Source of the DNA: Nitrospirota bacterium
Lineage (GTDB): Bacteria; Nitrospirota; Thermodesulfovibrionia; Thermodesulfovibrionales; Dissulfurispiraceae
Reading direction: 5' to 3'
NCBI GenBank assembly: GCA_963790025.1
Contig: CAWBMP010000002.1
Span: 608,001-672,000, forward strand
DNA: 64,000 nt
Shown here: one piece after another, positions 38,450 through 48,694 of the stretch
Position numbering within the stretch: position 1 is the stretch's first letter
Layout: each line of letters opens with the position of its first letter
Position numbers and translations under genes: made by a program
Notes under the pieces: generated by a model
What the model saw: only the letters and a program-made list of their open reading frames with translations
What the model was told of the DNA's origin: nothing
Database searches by the model: none

Positions 38450-39784
38450 TTACTGGTTTCTGCCGACTCCTATCTGGTAATATTCAAATCCGAGTTCGTG
38501 CATTTTTTGTCTGTTGTACTGGTTCCTGCCGTCGAAGATAATTTTATTCCTCAGACGTTTTGCAATTTCGTAGAAATCAGGGCTCCTGAATTCTTTCCAC
38601 TCCGTTATAAGCAACAGGGCATCAGCGCCGGAGAGTGCGTCATATTTGGAATTCACATATTCAATATTTTTAAAATCTTTAAAATAATAATTCTTTGCTA
38701 CCTCTATCGCTTTCGGATCATAGGCCCTCACGCCGGCCCCGAGCTTGGTCAGCTCATTTATTATTGTGGTGCTTGAGGCCTCCCTGGTATCGTCTGTTTC
38801 GGGTTTGAATGAAAGGCCCCATACCGCAAAAGTATAGCCGCTCAAGTCTTTACCGAATCTGCTTATGACCTTTTGCGCCAGCACTTTTTTCTGTCCCTCG
38901 TTAACTGCCTGCACTGCCCTGAGTAATTCCGGGGTATAACCGTTTTCCAGCGCAAGCCTTTCAAGCGCCCTGATATCCTTGGGGAAGCAACTGCCCCCAA
39001 AGCCGCAACCCGGATAAATAAAGCTGTATCCTATCCTGGAGTCGCTCCCTATGCCTACCCTTACTTTGTTGACGTCGGCACCGACCCGCTCGCAGATATT
39101 GGCGATCTCGTTCATAAATGATATCTTTGTAGCAAGCATTGCATTGGCGGCATACTTGGTCATCTCAGCGCTTCTGACGTCCATCGCAATAAGCCGTTCG
39201 TGGTTTTTAGTAAACGGTTCATAAAGCTCTTTTATCTTTTCAAGCGCTCTGGGACTATCTGCACCCACAATCACCCTGTCAGGCCGCATGAAGTCCTCAA
39301 TTGCTGCGCCTTCCTTCAGAAATTCGGGATTGGAGACAACATCGAAGGGAATTTGCGAATTGCGGGCCGTCAATTCCTCGTGGATAATCTCTCTCACTTT
39401 AGCAGCAGTGCCCACAGGAACAGTGGACTTGTCCACAATAACCATATAATGTGACATATTCCTGCCGATATCACGCGCAACCTGCAGTACATACTGGAGA
39501 TCGGCACTGCCGTTCTCGCCCGTTGGAGTCCCAACAGCTATGCAGCATATCTCACTGTTGTCCAGCGCTTCTTTTACGGAGGTCGTAAAGTGCAGTGTGC
39601 CAAGTTTGAAGTTTTCCAGCACCATGGCTTCCAGTCCCGGTTCGTAAATGGGGATAACGCCTTTCCTGAGATTTTCTATTTTAGCTTCATCCACGTCAAC
39701 ACAGATCACATTATTCCCCATCTGCGCCATACAGGTGCCTGTGACCAGTCCCACATAACCCGTGCCGATAATAGAAATCTTCAT
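38450..39784 (-). CDS. ugd: UDP-glucose/GDP-mannose 6-dehydrogenase
   Basis: [40 protein letters not shown]. Confidence 0.95.
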   Translation of the reverse strand: MKISIIGTGYVGLVTGTCMAQMGNNVICVDVDEAKIENLRKGVIPIYEPGLEAMVLENFKLGTLHFTTSVKEALDNSEICCIAVGTPTGENGSADLQYVLQVARDIGRNMSHYMVIVDKSTVPVGTAAKVREIIHEELTARNSQIPFDVVSNPEFLKEGAAIEDFMRPDRVIVGADSPRALEKIKELYEPFTKNHERLIAMDVRSAEMTKYAANAMLATKISFMNEIANICERVGADVNKVRVGIGSDSRIGYSFIYPGCGFGGSCFPKDIRALERLALENGYTPELLRAVQAVNEGQKKVLAQKVISRFGKDLSGYTFAVWGLSFKPETDDTREASSTTIINELTKLGAGVRAYDPKAIEVAKNYYFKDFKNIEYVNSKYDALSGADALLLITEWKEFRSPDFYEIAKRLRNKIIFDGRNQYNRQKMHELGFEYYQIGVGRNQ

Positions 39785-39802
39785 CAGTTACTCCTTAAAA
39801 AC

Positions 39803-40247
39803 CAGGTTAAGGTTAAGGTTAAGGCTAAGACAAAAACCCTTAGTCATTTTTTTGATTCCCGTAAAGTTAAGATTATTTTATTAATTTCTTTATAGATGCT
39901 ACATAAGTCATTTTCCATTTCGTTTACCTGTTTTGCATTAATATAGCCTACTCTTTTGCCATATTCCAAATGGCTTTGGGTCTCTGCTAAAGACCCTCTC
40001 GCCATATAATAAAAATTTATTTTGTCTAAGGTATGATTTCTTCCAAATGCTTCCGCAATATTCGCGGATACGCTAAGAGCAGAACGTCTCATTTGTGATG
40101 TAAATCCATAATCTTCATTACGGGGTAAATCTGCCGTAACTTTGTGTACCTTTTCAGCTATCTCCATCGCCTTTTGCCATATCGGCATCTCTTTAAAAGT
40201 TTTAAACATGCTGCAGTTAGCTAAACCTAAACCTTAGCCTTAACCTG
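39803..40247. mobile_element. Four-helix-bundle cassette 1 bounded by inverted 27-bp hexamer arrays
   Basis: Left CAGGTTAAGGTTAAGGTTAAGGCTAAG (39803-39829); reverse complement of right arm (40221-40247) CAGGTTAAGGCTAAGGTTTAGGTTTAG, 23/27 match; mobility inferred. Confidence 0.55.
39844..40209 (-). CDS. Four helix bundle protein (23S rRNA intervening-sequence protein / Avd-like)
   Basis: WQKA, LP..E.YG.TSQ.RRSA.S..ANIAE.FGR, F...ARGSL.E. Confidence 0.9.
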   Translation of the reverse strand: MFKTFKEMPIWQKAMEIAEKVHKVTADLPRNEDYGFTSQMRRSALSVSANIAEAFGRNHTLDKINFYYMARGSLAETQSHLEYGKRVGYINAKQVNEMENDLCSIYKEINKIILTLRESKK

Positions 40248-40254
40248 CTTTATC

Positions 40255-41676
40255 TTACCTTTCATATTTATCCTCAACTCTCACAATGTCGTCTTCTCCC
40301 ACGTATTCCCCATTCTGCACTTCAATAATTTCCAGATGGACTCTGCCGGGATTTTCAAGTCTGTGCATGGTTGATTTCGGTACATAAACCGATTCATTTT
40401 CATGTATAAGCATTTCTTTATCGCCTACCGTCACTTTGGCAGTGCCTTTTATCACAACCCAATGCTCCGATCGGTGGTAGTGCATCTGGTGGCTCAGTTT
40501 TTCATTCGGATTTACCACTATCCTCTTTATTTTGTAACGAGGGCCGTCCTCAAGAATGGTATAGCTGCCCCACGGCCTGTAGGTTGTGACATGCTCCTCC
40601 ACTTCAGTTCGTGAAGCCTCATGCAGTCTGTTAACGGCTTCTTTTACTTTCTGAGCCTCCCCTTTTCCAGCCACCAGTATGGCATCATCCGTTTCAACAA
40701 TGAGGCAATCCTTAAGCCCTATAGTGGTGATCTGGCGCTTGTTGCCGAGGATAAGCGTCCGCTTTGTGTCGATTGCAAGAACATCGCCCTGCTTCACGTT
40801 GTCGTCTTCATCCTTGTCGAGCACATCGTAGACCGAGTCCCAGGAGCCTATATCATTCCAATACAAGTCGAGAGGCATCACCACGACCTTGTCTGATTTT
40901 TCCATGACCGCATAATCTATTGAAATGTCGGGCATCTGTGCGAAGCCGGACAGCATGTCGTCGAATCCCTGAACCAGCAATCCCTGTATGTCCGGCGCAT
41001 GCCTGGCCATCTCCCCGATCATGGTTTTTATGCTGAAGGCAAACATCCCTGAATTCCAGTAATAGGAGCCGTCAACCAGATAGCTCCGGGCGGTTTCCAT
41101 GTCAGGCTTTTCCACAAATTTTTCGACCGTGTAACAGTCTGCCCCGTGATCCTTGCCTTCACCTTCGCTTTCGCGCCTACTGTTGGTGCCTATACCTATG
41201 CCTTTTCCTGCCTTTATATACCCGTATCCGGATTCGGGTCTGTCAGGCTTTACTCCGAAGGTCACAATATGGCCTTCGCGTGCTATTGTCTCGGCCAGCT
41301 TCATGTATTCTGCAAATTTGTCATCCGGTCGAATAACATGGTCCGAAGGACACATGAATATGACTTCTTCTTCACTGCAGCCGAGCTTTTCCAGGCAGTA
41401 TTTAACACCGAGCGCTGTTGCCGGAGCGGTATTTCTGCCCGCAGGTTCAAATATTAAATGTTTAATATCGGGGATATCGGCTTTCACATAGAACTTATAA
41501 TTCCCGTTAGTGACAATAACAACATCATCTTTAGTCATCACCTTCAGGAGCCTTTCAGCGGTCTGGCGCAGAAGCGATTTATCACCGGTTATCTTTAAGA
41601 ACTGTTTGGGATAGTTTCTTCTCGACAAGGGCCAAAGTCTTGTCCCGCCACCGCCGGCTAATATCAATGCCTTCAT
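40255..41676 (-). CDS. manC: Mannose-1-phosphate guanylyltransferase / mannose-6-phosphate isomerase
   Basis: LAGGGGTRLWPLSR..PKQF, GRNTAPA, FVEKP, WNSGMF, SIDYAVMEK, WNDIGSW, RPWG cupin. Confidence 0.95.
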   Translation of the reverse strand: MKALILAGGGGTRLWPLSRRNYPKQFLKITGDKSLLRQTAERLLKVMTKDDVVIVTNGNYKFYVKADIPDIKHLIFEPAGRNTAPATALGVKYCLEKLGCSEEEVIFMCPSDHVIRPDDKFAEYMKLAETIAREGHIVTFGVKPDRPESGYGYIKAGKGIGIGTNSRRESEGEGKDHGADCYTVEKFVEKPDMETARSYLVDGSYYWNSGMFAFSIKTMIGEMARHAPDIQGLLVQGFDDMLSGFAQMPDISIDYAVMEKSDKVVVMPLDLYWNDIGSWDSVYDVLDKDEDDNVKQGDVLAIDTKRTLILGNKRQITTIGLKDCLIVETDDAILVAGKGEAQKVKEAVNRLHEASRTEVEEHVTTYRPWGSYTILEDGPRYKIKRIVVNPNEKLSHQMHYHRSEHWVVIKGTAKVTVGDKEMLIHENESVYVPKSTMHRLENPGRVHLEIIEVQNGEYVGEDDIVRVEDKYER

Positions 41677-41688
41677 AAGACGACACCA

Positions 41689-42165
41689 CAGGCACAGGTA
41701 AAGGTAGAGGTATAGATCAACGCAAAGTTGTAAATCATCATTTCTTTGACCCCCTCAACGCCATCACAATTTTGTTCAAATTATTGTAAATATAAATCAA
41801 ATGCTTTTCTAATTCTTCTGCTTGTTGAGCATCAATATAACCAACTCTCTTGCCGTACTCTAAATGACTTTGAGTCTCTGTTAACGATCCTCTAGCTATG
41901 TAATAAAAGTTTATTTTGTCGGATGTATGATTTCTTCCAAATGCCTCTGCAATATTAGCTGATATGCTAACAGCAGACCTTCTTATTTGTGAAGTAAATC
42001 CGTAATCCTCTTTTCGAGGCAATACTTCAGTAAATTTATACACTGTTTCAGCAATCTCAATAGCGTCTTGCCAGATCGGCATTTCTTTGAAAGTTTTATA
42101 CACTTCCTTCTTTGCCTTTACTTTACCTCTACCTCTACCTCTACCTTTACCTTTACCTTTGCCTG
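41689..42165. mobile_element. Four-helix-bundle cassette 2 bounded by inverted hexamer arrays
   Basis: Left CAGGCA CAGGTA AAGGTA GAGGTA TAG (41689-41715); right arm reverse complement CAGGCA (AAGGTA)3 (GAGGTA)3 AAG (42165-42121); mobility inferred. Confidence 0.55.
41738..42103 (-). CDS. Four helix bundle protein, paralog of 39844-40209
   Basis: Same motifs; 90/121 identical residues by ungapped hand count. Confidence 0.9.
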   Translation of the reverse strand: MYKTFKEMPIWQDAIEIAETVYKFTEVLPRKEDYGFTSQIRRSAVSISANIAEAFGRNHTSDKINFYYIARGSLTETQSHLEYGKRVGYIDAQQAEELEKHLIYIYNNLNKIVMALRGSKK

Positions 42166-43575
42166 AGCCTTTGCCCTGTCCAGCTCATCTTCCAGAAATG
42201 CCTTGTATCCGGCAAGGCTCTCTTCGTCCTTTGCTTCGGCCCTCATAACGATAACAGGCTGAGTATTGCTCGTCCGTATGAGTCCCCATCCTTTTTCAAA
42301 TAACACCCTGATTCCGTCAATCAAATTGACATCGATAATCCTGTATGGCGCATTGCCGTTTTCTTTATGGGTAATGAGGTGGGATATCACATTGTCCACA
42401 ACCTCTTTCTTCCTGTCTTCAGCGCACTCATGTCTGATTTCAGGGGTGTATGACATACGGGGAACATCGGAAAGAAGCTCCTTTATGCCCTTCCCCCTTT
42501 TCTTCATGATCTCGACAAGCCTGAAAGTGGTGTATAGTGCGTCATCGTATCCGAAATAGTTGTGAGCGATAAAGATATGCCCGCTGAATTCTCCGGCAAG
42601 AAGAGCGCCCTCTTCCTTCATTTTTTGTTTTATGAGGGAGTGCCCGGTCTTCCACATAATGGGAACACCACCGTGTTTTTCTATTGCATCGAACATTACC
42701 TGAGAGCATTTTACGTCACCTATCACTTTGGCCCCGGAGTTTTTGCTCAATAGTTCCCTGCCCAGGATTATCATGAGCTGGTCTCCCCAAACAATGTTTC
42801 CCTCTCTGTCAACAACGCCGATCCTGTCAGAGTCTCCATCATATCCGACGCCGATATCCGCTCCCGACCGCTTCGTTTCCTGGATCAAATCCTGTAAGTA
42901 TTCGACTACTGTCGGATCAGGGTGGTGATTGGGAAATCTTCCGTCAGGCTCGCAGTAAAGCGGGACCACATCACATCCCATACCACTCAGAATTTCCGGT
43001 GCGACCATGCCGGCGGTGCCGTTTCCTGCATCCACAACTATTTTCACCTTCCTGAACCCTGAATCGTTAAGATATGCAAACTGTTTCAGCATAAATTCTT
43101 TATAGTCGCTTACTATATTGTATTTCTCTATCTGCCCCTCTACCTCTACTTTTATCTCTTCCTCTGCTTTTATTATCTCTTTCAGTCTTTGGATAGCGCT
43201 GCCGTGAATGGTATCTTTCCCCACACTGACCTTAAAGCCGTTATATTCAGGAGGGTTATGACTTCCTGTGACCATGATCCCGCCATCGAGGCCGAGATGA
43301 TAGAGTGAAAAATACTGAACAGGTGTCGGGCAGACCCCTATATCATATACATCGAGGCCCGAGGACACGATTCCTCTCATAAGCCCCGCAGCAAGCTCAT
43401 CGGAGCTTAGCCTCACATCTTTTCCAACACTTACACGTTTTGCCTGAGGTATACATGATTTTACCATTGAGCCAAACGCCTTCCCGATAAGCACTGCCAT
43501 ATCAGCGGTAAGGTCTTTACCTGCTATTCCCCTTATATCATATTCCCTGAAAATCGTATCTGATAACATAGTCAA
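42118..43575 (-). CDS. Phosphomannomutase/phosphoglucomutase (AlgC/ManB)
   Basis: FREYDIRG, TGSHNP, DGDSDR, GEFSGH, RTSNT; C-terminal AKVKVKVEVEVEVK comes from the repeat array. Confidence 0.95.
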   Translation of the reverse strand: MTMLSDTIFREYDIRGIAGKDLTADMAVLIGKAFGSMVKSCIPQAKRVSVGKDVRLSSDELAAGLMRGIVSSGLDVYDIGVCPTPVQYFSLYHLGLDGGIMVTGSHNPPEYNGFKVSVGKDTIHGSAIQRLKEIIKAEEEIKVEVEGQIEKYNIVSDYKEFMLKQFAYLNDSGFRKVKIVVDAGNGTAGMVAPEILSGMGCDVVPLYCEPDGRFPNHHPDPTVVEYLQDLIQETKRSGADIGVGYDGDSDRIGVVDREGNIVWGDQLMIILGRELLSKNSGAKVIGDVKCSQVMFDAIEKHGGVPIMWKTGHSLIKQKMKEEGALLAGEFSGHIFIAHNYFGYDDALYTTFRLVEIMKKRGKGIKELLSDVPRMSYTPEIRHECAEDRKKEVVDNVISHLITHKENGNAPYRIIDVNLIDGIRVLFEKGWGLIRTSNTQPVIVMRAEAKDEESLAGYKAFLEDELDRAKAQAKVKVKVEVEVEVK

Positions 43576-43580
43576 ATATA

Positions 43581-43752
43581 AACCACAGAGTACCCAGAGG
43601 AAAGCGACTTTTAGGTTAAAAAACCAACGTCAAAGCCGGGAGATCACTGAGAATAAACAAAACAACTTTAGCGGCCTTCTCTGTGTCCTCCGGAATCTCT
43701 TTGTGTTTTTGTTTTTAATAATATTAAGATTTTCTCTGTGTTCTCTGTGGTT
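43581..43752. repeat. Palindromic element with ~9-mer CACAGAG-type arms
   Basis: AACCACAGAG (43581-43590) / CTCTGTGGTT (43743-43752) with further CCAGAG, CTGAGA and CTCTGTG units inside. Confidence 0.7.
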
Positions 43753-43767
43753 AACTTTCATCTCCTT

Positions 43768-44739
43768 TTATAATTTAATGCCCTTGAGCCAGCTTAGATT
43801 GTTAAGATACCACTCAACGGTCTTTTTCAGCCCTTCATCGAGATCAGTTTCAGGTCTCCAGTTCAGCAGTCTTCCAGCCTTTGTGATATCGGCACTCGTT
43901 TCGGTCATGTCTGTTTTCAGAAAGGGCTTGTAATCAATAACCGCCTTTTTCCCCAGCAATTCTTCGAGCCTGCTGATCACGTAGTTCAGCGAGCGGGGAC
44001 TTTTTCCTCCACCCAGGTTGATGATTTCATACCCTGTCTCTTTGAGCCCCTTGATAGTGCCGGCCGCTATATCGTCAATATACGTAAAATCCCTGCTCTG
44101 CGTCCCATCACCGAACAGTTCCAGCGGCTTCCCTTCATCTATCCACTTGATAAACCGGAATATGCTCATATCAGGTCGTCCGGCAGGACCGTAAACCGTG
44201 AAATACCGCAGCACAGATATGTCGAGATCAAACAGATAATGATAGGTATAAGCCATGGCTTCGGCAGCCTTTTTAGATGCCGCATAGGGTGAAATAGGTG
44301 TATTGACCGGCAGGTCCTCGGTAAAAGGCATTTTTTGCCCGGCATAAAGGGAAGAGGTCGATGCATGCACCAGCTTTTTTACTTCATATTTACGCATCAG
44401 CTCAAGGAGGTTTAAGACTCCCTGAGCATTGGTGCTCATATAAACGTGCGGGTTCTTTATGCTGTAGCCCACACCGGCGCGGGCGGCAAGATTGATGACT
44501 CCATCGAATTTATTGTCCCTGAAAATGGGGTCCATTGCTGCAAGATTTTCAATATCAATGTGGTAAAAAGTAAACCCCTTGTCCTTTTTCAGTCCCTCCA
44601 GCCTGTGGGTCTTTAATGTGACGTCATAATAGTCATTCATATTGTCGACGCCTATGACATTATTGCCCTCCTCGAGCAATTTTTGAGAAGTCTTACTGCC
44701 TATAAATCCCGCAGCCCCAGTTACCAGAATCGTTGTCAT
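43768..44739 (-). CDS. NAD-dependent epimerase (UDP-glucuronate 4-epimerase-like)
   Basis: TGAAGFIG, DNMNDYY, LAARAGV, YAASKKA, RYFTVYGP.GRPDM, RDFTYIDD. Confidence 0.9.
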   Translation of the reverse strand: MTTILVTGAAGFIGSKTSQKLLEEGNNVIGVDNMNDYYDVTLKTHRLEGLKKDKGFTFYHIDIENLAAMDPIFRDNKFDGVINLAARAGVGYSIKNPHVYMSTNAQGVLNLLELMRKYEVKKLVHASTSSLYAGQKMPFTEDLPVNTPISPYAASKKAAEAMAYTYHYLFDLDISVLRYFTVYGPAGRPDMSIFRFIKWIDEGKPLELFGDGTQSRDFTYIDDIAAGTIKGLKETGYEIINLGGGKSPRSLNYVISRLEELLGKKAVIDYKPFLKTDMTETSADITKAGRLLNWRPETDLDEGLKKTVEWYLNNLSWLKGIKL

Positions 44740-44751
44740 TTTATTCTCCTA

Positions 44752-44788
44752 AAAGTGTCAAAGCGTCAGAGGGTCAAAGTATCAGAGC
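44752..44788. repeat. Tandem octamer array
   Basis: AAAGTGTC AAAGCGTC AGAGGGTC AAAGTATC AGAGC. Confidence 0.7.
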
Positions 44789-44837
44789 AAACTTAAAACC
44801 AATGAAAAATCTGACAGTTGTTATAATACCAGACCGC

Positions 44838-45329
44838 TTATTTCTTTTTCAGGAGTTCTTTTTCAATCTCAACACGCGCCTGGTACTCTATTGTACTGAG
44901 CAGCACTACAATACGGTCCTTGTCTTTCATCTCCCGCTCAAAGATCCCTATGAATCCTGTGAAAGGGCCCTCGGTTATCTCCACTTTATCACCGACTTTA
45001 ATATCCGGGCTTATGACAATAAGCCCCTCCTCATTCATTCGTGACTTGATAATACTGATTATGTCTTCGCTTACAGGCCAAGGGATCCCTTTATTCCCTA
45101 TAATGCCCCTTACGCCGCGCGCATATTTAATCAAGTGATACTGGCGGAACGGATCGAATTTAGCAAACAGATAGTTGGGGAAAAAAGGCCGGATAACGTG
45201 CTCATACTTACCGCGCACGAGCCTTTTCCTTCGCAGTTTCGGATTGAACACTTCAATCGAAGCACGGGCAAGGTTTTCTTCTGCTCTATCCTCCTGCTTC
45301 GGCTTTGTATAAATAGCATACCAGTTCAT
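44838..45329 (-). CDS. NusG paralog, RfaH/UpxY-type transcription antiterminator
   Basis: WYAIYTKP.QE, PFFPNYLF, ARGVRGIIG, KOW domain GDKVEITEGPFTG; heads a polysaccharide precursor operon. Confidence 0.85.
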   Translation of the reverse strand: MNWYAIYTKPKQEDRAEENLARASIEVFNPKLRRKRLVRGKYEHVIRPFFPNYLFAKFDPFRQYHLIKYARGVRGIIGNKGIPWPVSEDIISIIKSRMNEEGLIVISPDIKVGDKVEITEGPFTGFIGIFEREMKDKDRIVVLLSTIEYQARVEIEKELLKKK

Positions 45330-45444
45330 ATTATCGAGAATGTAGCCTTCAAGATTTTATTGTAACATATACCCCCTTTACAGGAAAGTAAGCAGTATTC
45401 TCGCTGCTTACTAAAAGGGCCTCTATTCCGTTATAATATAGCTT

Positions 45445-46983
45445 ATGTTATTCCCGGACTTTAATGAATTCAAGACATTGACCCGCCAGGGCAACCTGAT
45501 TCCCGTCTATAAGGAGATACTCGGGGACATCGAGACACCCGTGAGCGCATTTCTTAAGCTCGGGAAGAAGCCGTCCTTTCTTTTGGAGAGTGTTACGGGC
45601 GGCGAGAAATGGGCCCGATATTCATTCCTCGGCATCGATCCTGCCCTGACCCTCAGATGTACAGGCAAAAAGGTAACTATCCAGGAAAAGAAAAAAACTT
45701 CCCATTTAGAAACCGATGATCCGCTTTCCGTAATAAAGGACATCTTGTCACAGTTTACACCTGTCGAAACAGCCGGTCTGCCTCGGTTCTCCGGCGGTTT
45801 TGTCGGCTATATTGGATATGATGTGGTTAAGTTCTTTGAGCGGCTCGCCGATTCCCCGAAACCGACGTTGGACATGCCTGACATTTTTATGATGCTCACC
45901 GATACAATGCTGATATTCGATAACCTCCGGCAGACCGTCAAGGTCGTGTCAAACGTACATATAAAAGACGGGCAAAAGGCGAAGGACGAAAGGCTAAAGG
46001 AAGAAGATATTGAGAAGGCTTACCTGGACGCAGAAAAGCGGATAGATAAGATAATAAAGAAGTTAGAGGTTGGAGGCAAGAGGTTTGAGGCAAAAAGCAC
46101 AACCTCCAACCTCCAACCTCTAACCTCCAACTCCTCTTCTGTTGATTTCTCTTCCAACTTTACGAAAGAGGGCTTTATGGACGCTGTTGTTAAAGCCAAA
46201 GAATATATAATGGCAGGCGATATATTGCAGGTGGTCCTTTCACAGCGGTTTGAGACAGAGGCCCCTTTCAACCCGTTCGATCTCTACCGTGCTCTCAGGG
46301 TGATTAACCCTTCACCCTATATGTACTACCTCGATACCGGCGATGCGCAGCTTGTCGGCTCTTCACCTGAAATACTCGTCCGGCTGGAAGGCGAAAAAAT
46401 AACGCTCAGGCCCATTGCCGGGACGCGAAAAAGGGGTGACAACGAAGATGCCGACAAGGCGCTTGAGGAAGACCTCAAGAAAGATCCCAAAGAAATGGCG
46501 GAGCATATAATGCTTGTCGATCTGGGAAGGAACGATGTCGGGAGGGTTTCCGAAATAGGCTCGGTCAAAGTGACTGACGTGATGAATGTCGAACGCTACA
46601 GCCATGTGATGCACCTTGTCTCCAACGTTGAGGGGAGGCTCAAAAAAGGACTCGATGCCATTGATGTATTTAAAGCATGCTTTCCCGCCGGCACGGTAAG
46701 TGGTGCTGCAAAGGTAAGGGCCATGGAGATCATAGAGGAGCTGGAGCCTACAAAGCGCGGACCGTATGCCGGCTCGGTCGGGTATTTCAGCTATTCGGGC
46801 AATATGGACATGTGTATTACCATACGAACGCTGATTATAAAAAACGGTAAAATATTTGTTCAGGCGGGAGCAGGCATTGTGGCGGACTCTGCTCCTGAGA
46901 ACGAGTATACCGAGACAGTCAACAAGGCGATGGCGATGATGAAGACCGTGGAGTTTTTTGAAAAAAACTCAGGTAAAGGTTAA
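45445..46983 (+). CDS. trpE: Anthranilate synthase component I
   Basis: DIETP, FLLES, RYSF, QVVLSQ, NPSPYMYY, GSSPE, PIAGT, EHIMLVDLGRND, PAGTVSGA. Confidence 0.95.
   Translation: MLFPDFNEFKTLTRQGNLIPVYKEILGDIETPVSAFLKLGKKPSFLLESVTGGEKWARYSFLGIDPALTLRCTGKKVTIQEKKKTSHLETDDPLSVIKDILSQFTPVETAGLPRFSGGFVGYIGYDVVKFFERLADSPKPTLDMPDIFMMLTDTMLIFDNLRQTVKVVSNVHIKDGQKAKDERLKEEDIEKAYLDAEKRIDKIIKKLEVGGKRFEAKSTTSNLQPLTSNSSSVDFSSNFTKEGFMDAVVKAKEYIMAGDILQVVLSQRFETEAPFNPFDLYRALRVINPSPYMYYLDTGDAQLVGSSPEILVRLEGEKITLRPIAGTRKRGDNEDADKALEEDLKKDPKEMAEHIMLVDLGRNDVGRVSEIGSVKVTDVMNVERYSHVMHLVSNVEGRLKKGLDAIDVFKACFPAGTVSGAAKVRAMEIIEELEPTKRGPYAGSVGYFSYSGNMDMCITIRTLIIKNGKIFVQAGAGIVADSAPENEYTETVNKAMAMMKTVEFFEKNSGKG
46058..46134. 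repeat. Heptamer palindromic element inside trpE
   Basis: AGAAGTT AGAGGTT GGAGGCA AGAGGTT TGAGGCA ... AACCTCC AACCTCC AACCTCT AACCTCC AACTCC. Confidence 0.75.
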
Positions 46984-47079
46984 GGTATAGGTAAAGTTAA
47001 AAAAGGAAGTCCGAGGCAGAGGCAAAAATATAAAGAGATTTTTGGTTTTCCTCTTAACCTCAACCTTTACCTTTACCTG
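46970..47079. repeat. Gene-less hexamer inverted-array element between trpE and trpG
   Basis: CAGGTA AAGGTT AAGGTA TAGGTA AAG; right arm reverse complement CAGGTA AAGGTA AAGGTT GAGGTT AAG; contains the trpE stop. Confidence 0.75.
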
Positions 47080-47101
47080 CCTTTGTTCTAGTGAGGTTAA
47101 T

Positions 47102-47686
47102 ATGCTTTTAATGATAGACAATTACGATTCCTTTACGTACAACCTTGTGCAGTACCTGGGCGAACTGGGTGAAACGATCGAGGTCTTCAGGAATGACCGG
47201 ATCACGATTGAAGAGATCGAGAAAAAACAGCCTGAAAGGATTGTCATTTCTCCCGGGCCCTGTACACCTCTTGAGGCAGGTATATCCATAGAGACAATAA
47301 GGCACTTTACAGGAAAAATCCCTATACTCGGAGTGTGTCTCGGCCATCAGTCAATAGGCGCTGCCTACGGAGGAGATATCATAAGGGCACCCCTTCTCAT
47401 GCACGGCAAGACCTCCGTTATTTATCATGACGGAAAAACATTGTTCAAAGACCTGCCAAATCCCTTTGAAGCCACCCGTTACCATTCCCTTATAATCAAG
47501 AGAGAAACACTGCCCGAATGCCTTGAAATTACCGCCTGGACAAACGACGAAATCATTATGGGAGTGAGGCACAAGGAATTTCTTGTTGAAGGCGTCCAGT
47601 TCCATCCCGAATCTATACTTACGTCAACAGGCAAGGACATACTCAGGAATTTCATACGGCTTACGGCCCCTGGAGGCACGCAGTGA
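47102..47686 (+). CDS. trpG: Anthranilate synthase component II (glutamine amidotransferase)
   Basis: [37 protein letters not shown]. Confidence 0.95.
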   Translation: MLLMIDNYDSFTYNLVQYLGELGETIEVFRNDRITIEEIEKKQPERIVISPGPCTPLEAGISIETIRHFTGKIPILGVCLGHQSIGAAYGGDIIRAPLLMHGKTSVIYHDGKTLFKDLPNPFEATRYHSLIIKRETLPECLEITAWTNDEIIMGVRHKEFLVEGVQFHPESILTSTGKDILRNFIRLTAPGGTQ

Positions 47687-48693
47687 TAAAGGAGGCGATT
47701 AGCCTCGTAATTCAGAATATCAGTCTGTCCGAGGCCGAGATGGCGGAATGCATGACCGAAATAATGGAAGGCAGGAGCACGGACTCCCAGATCGGAGCAT
47801 TTCTCACCGCCCTCAGAATAAAGGGTGAAACTATTGAAGAGATAACCGGCGCTGCCCGGGTAATGCGTGAGAAAGCCACGAAGATAACGGCCCCTGAAGG
47901 TGTTATCGATACCTGCGGCACAGGCGGGGACATGTCCAACACCTTCAATATCTCCACCGCGGCAGCAATCGTAGTGGCGGCATGTGGGGTGCCGGTGGCA
48001 AAACACGGCAACCGCTCTGTATCGAGCCAAACGGGGAGTGCCGACCTTTTGGAGGCATTGGGAGTAAAGGTGGACCTTCCTCCGGACAAAGTGGAACGAT
48101 GCCTCTTCGAGACAGACTTCGGCTTTCTCTTTGCACCTCTTTTCCACCCGGCAATGAAATTCGCCATAGGACCGCGGCGCGAAATCGGAATAAGGACCAT
48201 ATTCAATCTACTGGGCCCCCTTACCAATCCGGCAAATGCCAGGCGTCAGCTCACTGGAGTGTTTGCCGGCAGGTTGACCGAGCTTCTGGCTAAGGTGCTC
48301 GGCAATCTGGGCACCGTGGACGCGATGGTTGTACATGGAGAAGACGGCCTCGATGAGATCTCCATCTGCAGTGCTACAAAGGTGTCGCGGTATAGAAACA
48401 ATACCGTCGAGAATTTCTATATAAGGCCTGAAGATTACGGATTCAAGCTGGCGGATGCCGTTGATCTGACCGGAGGCAACAAGGAAGAAAATGCCCTCAT
48501 CACCAACTCCATCCTCAACGATATTGACGGCCCCCGGGGCGATATCGTGCTCCTGAACGCAGCCGCAGCCATTGTGGTGTCCGGGCACACCGATGATTTT
48601 ATTACTGCAAAGGAAATTGCCAAAGAAGCAATACGCAACGGGAAGGCCGCAAAAAAGCTGGAAGAAATCAAAAGAGTCACAAACTCTTTATAA
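47683..48693 (+). CDS. trpD: Anthranilate phosphoribosyltransferase
   Basis: [37 protein letters not shown]. Confidence 0.96.
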   Translation: MIKEAISLVIQNISLSEAEMAECMTEIMEGRSTDSQIGAFLTALRIKGETIEEITGAARVMREKATKITAPEGVIDTCGTGGDMSNTFNISTAAAIVVAACGVPVAKHGNRSVSSQTGSADLLEALGVKVDLPPDKVERCLFETDFGFLFAPLFHPAMKFAIGPRREIGIRTIFNLLGPLTNPANARRQLTGVFAGRLTELLAKVLGNLGTVDAMVVHGEDGLDEISICSATKVSRYRNNTVENFYIRPEDYGFKLADAVDLTGGNKEENALITNSILNDIDGPRGDIVLLNAAAAIVVSGHTDDFITAKEIAKEAIRNGKAAKKLEEIKRVTNSL

Positions 48694-48694
48694 A

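Noticed and set aside
39844..42103. Diversity-generating retroelement suggested by two Avd-like genes
   Set aside because: No reverse transcriptase and no template/variable repeat pair differing at adenines seen in the window
42112..42303. ORF with LYLYLYLYL, and similar low-complexity ORF ends (39590-39895; N-terminus of 47042-47686)
   Set aside because: Artefacts of translating the hexamer arrays; real trpG start is 47102
45330..45444. trp attenuator, leader peptide or T-box upstream of trpE
   Set aside because: No Trp-codon leader ORF or T-box motif; the only hairpin belongs to the AGCAGTA repeat family and lies upstream of the -10
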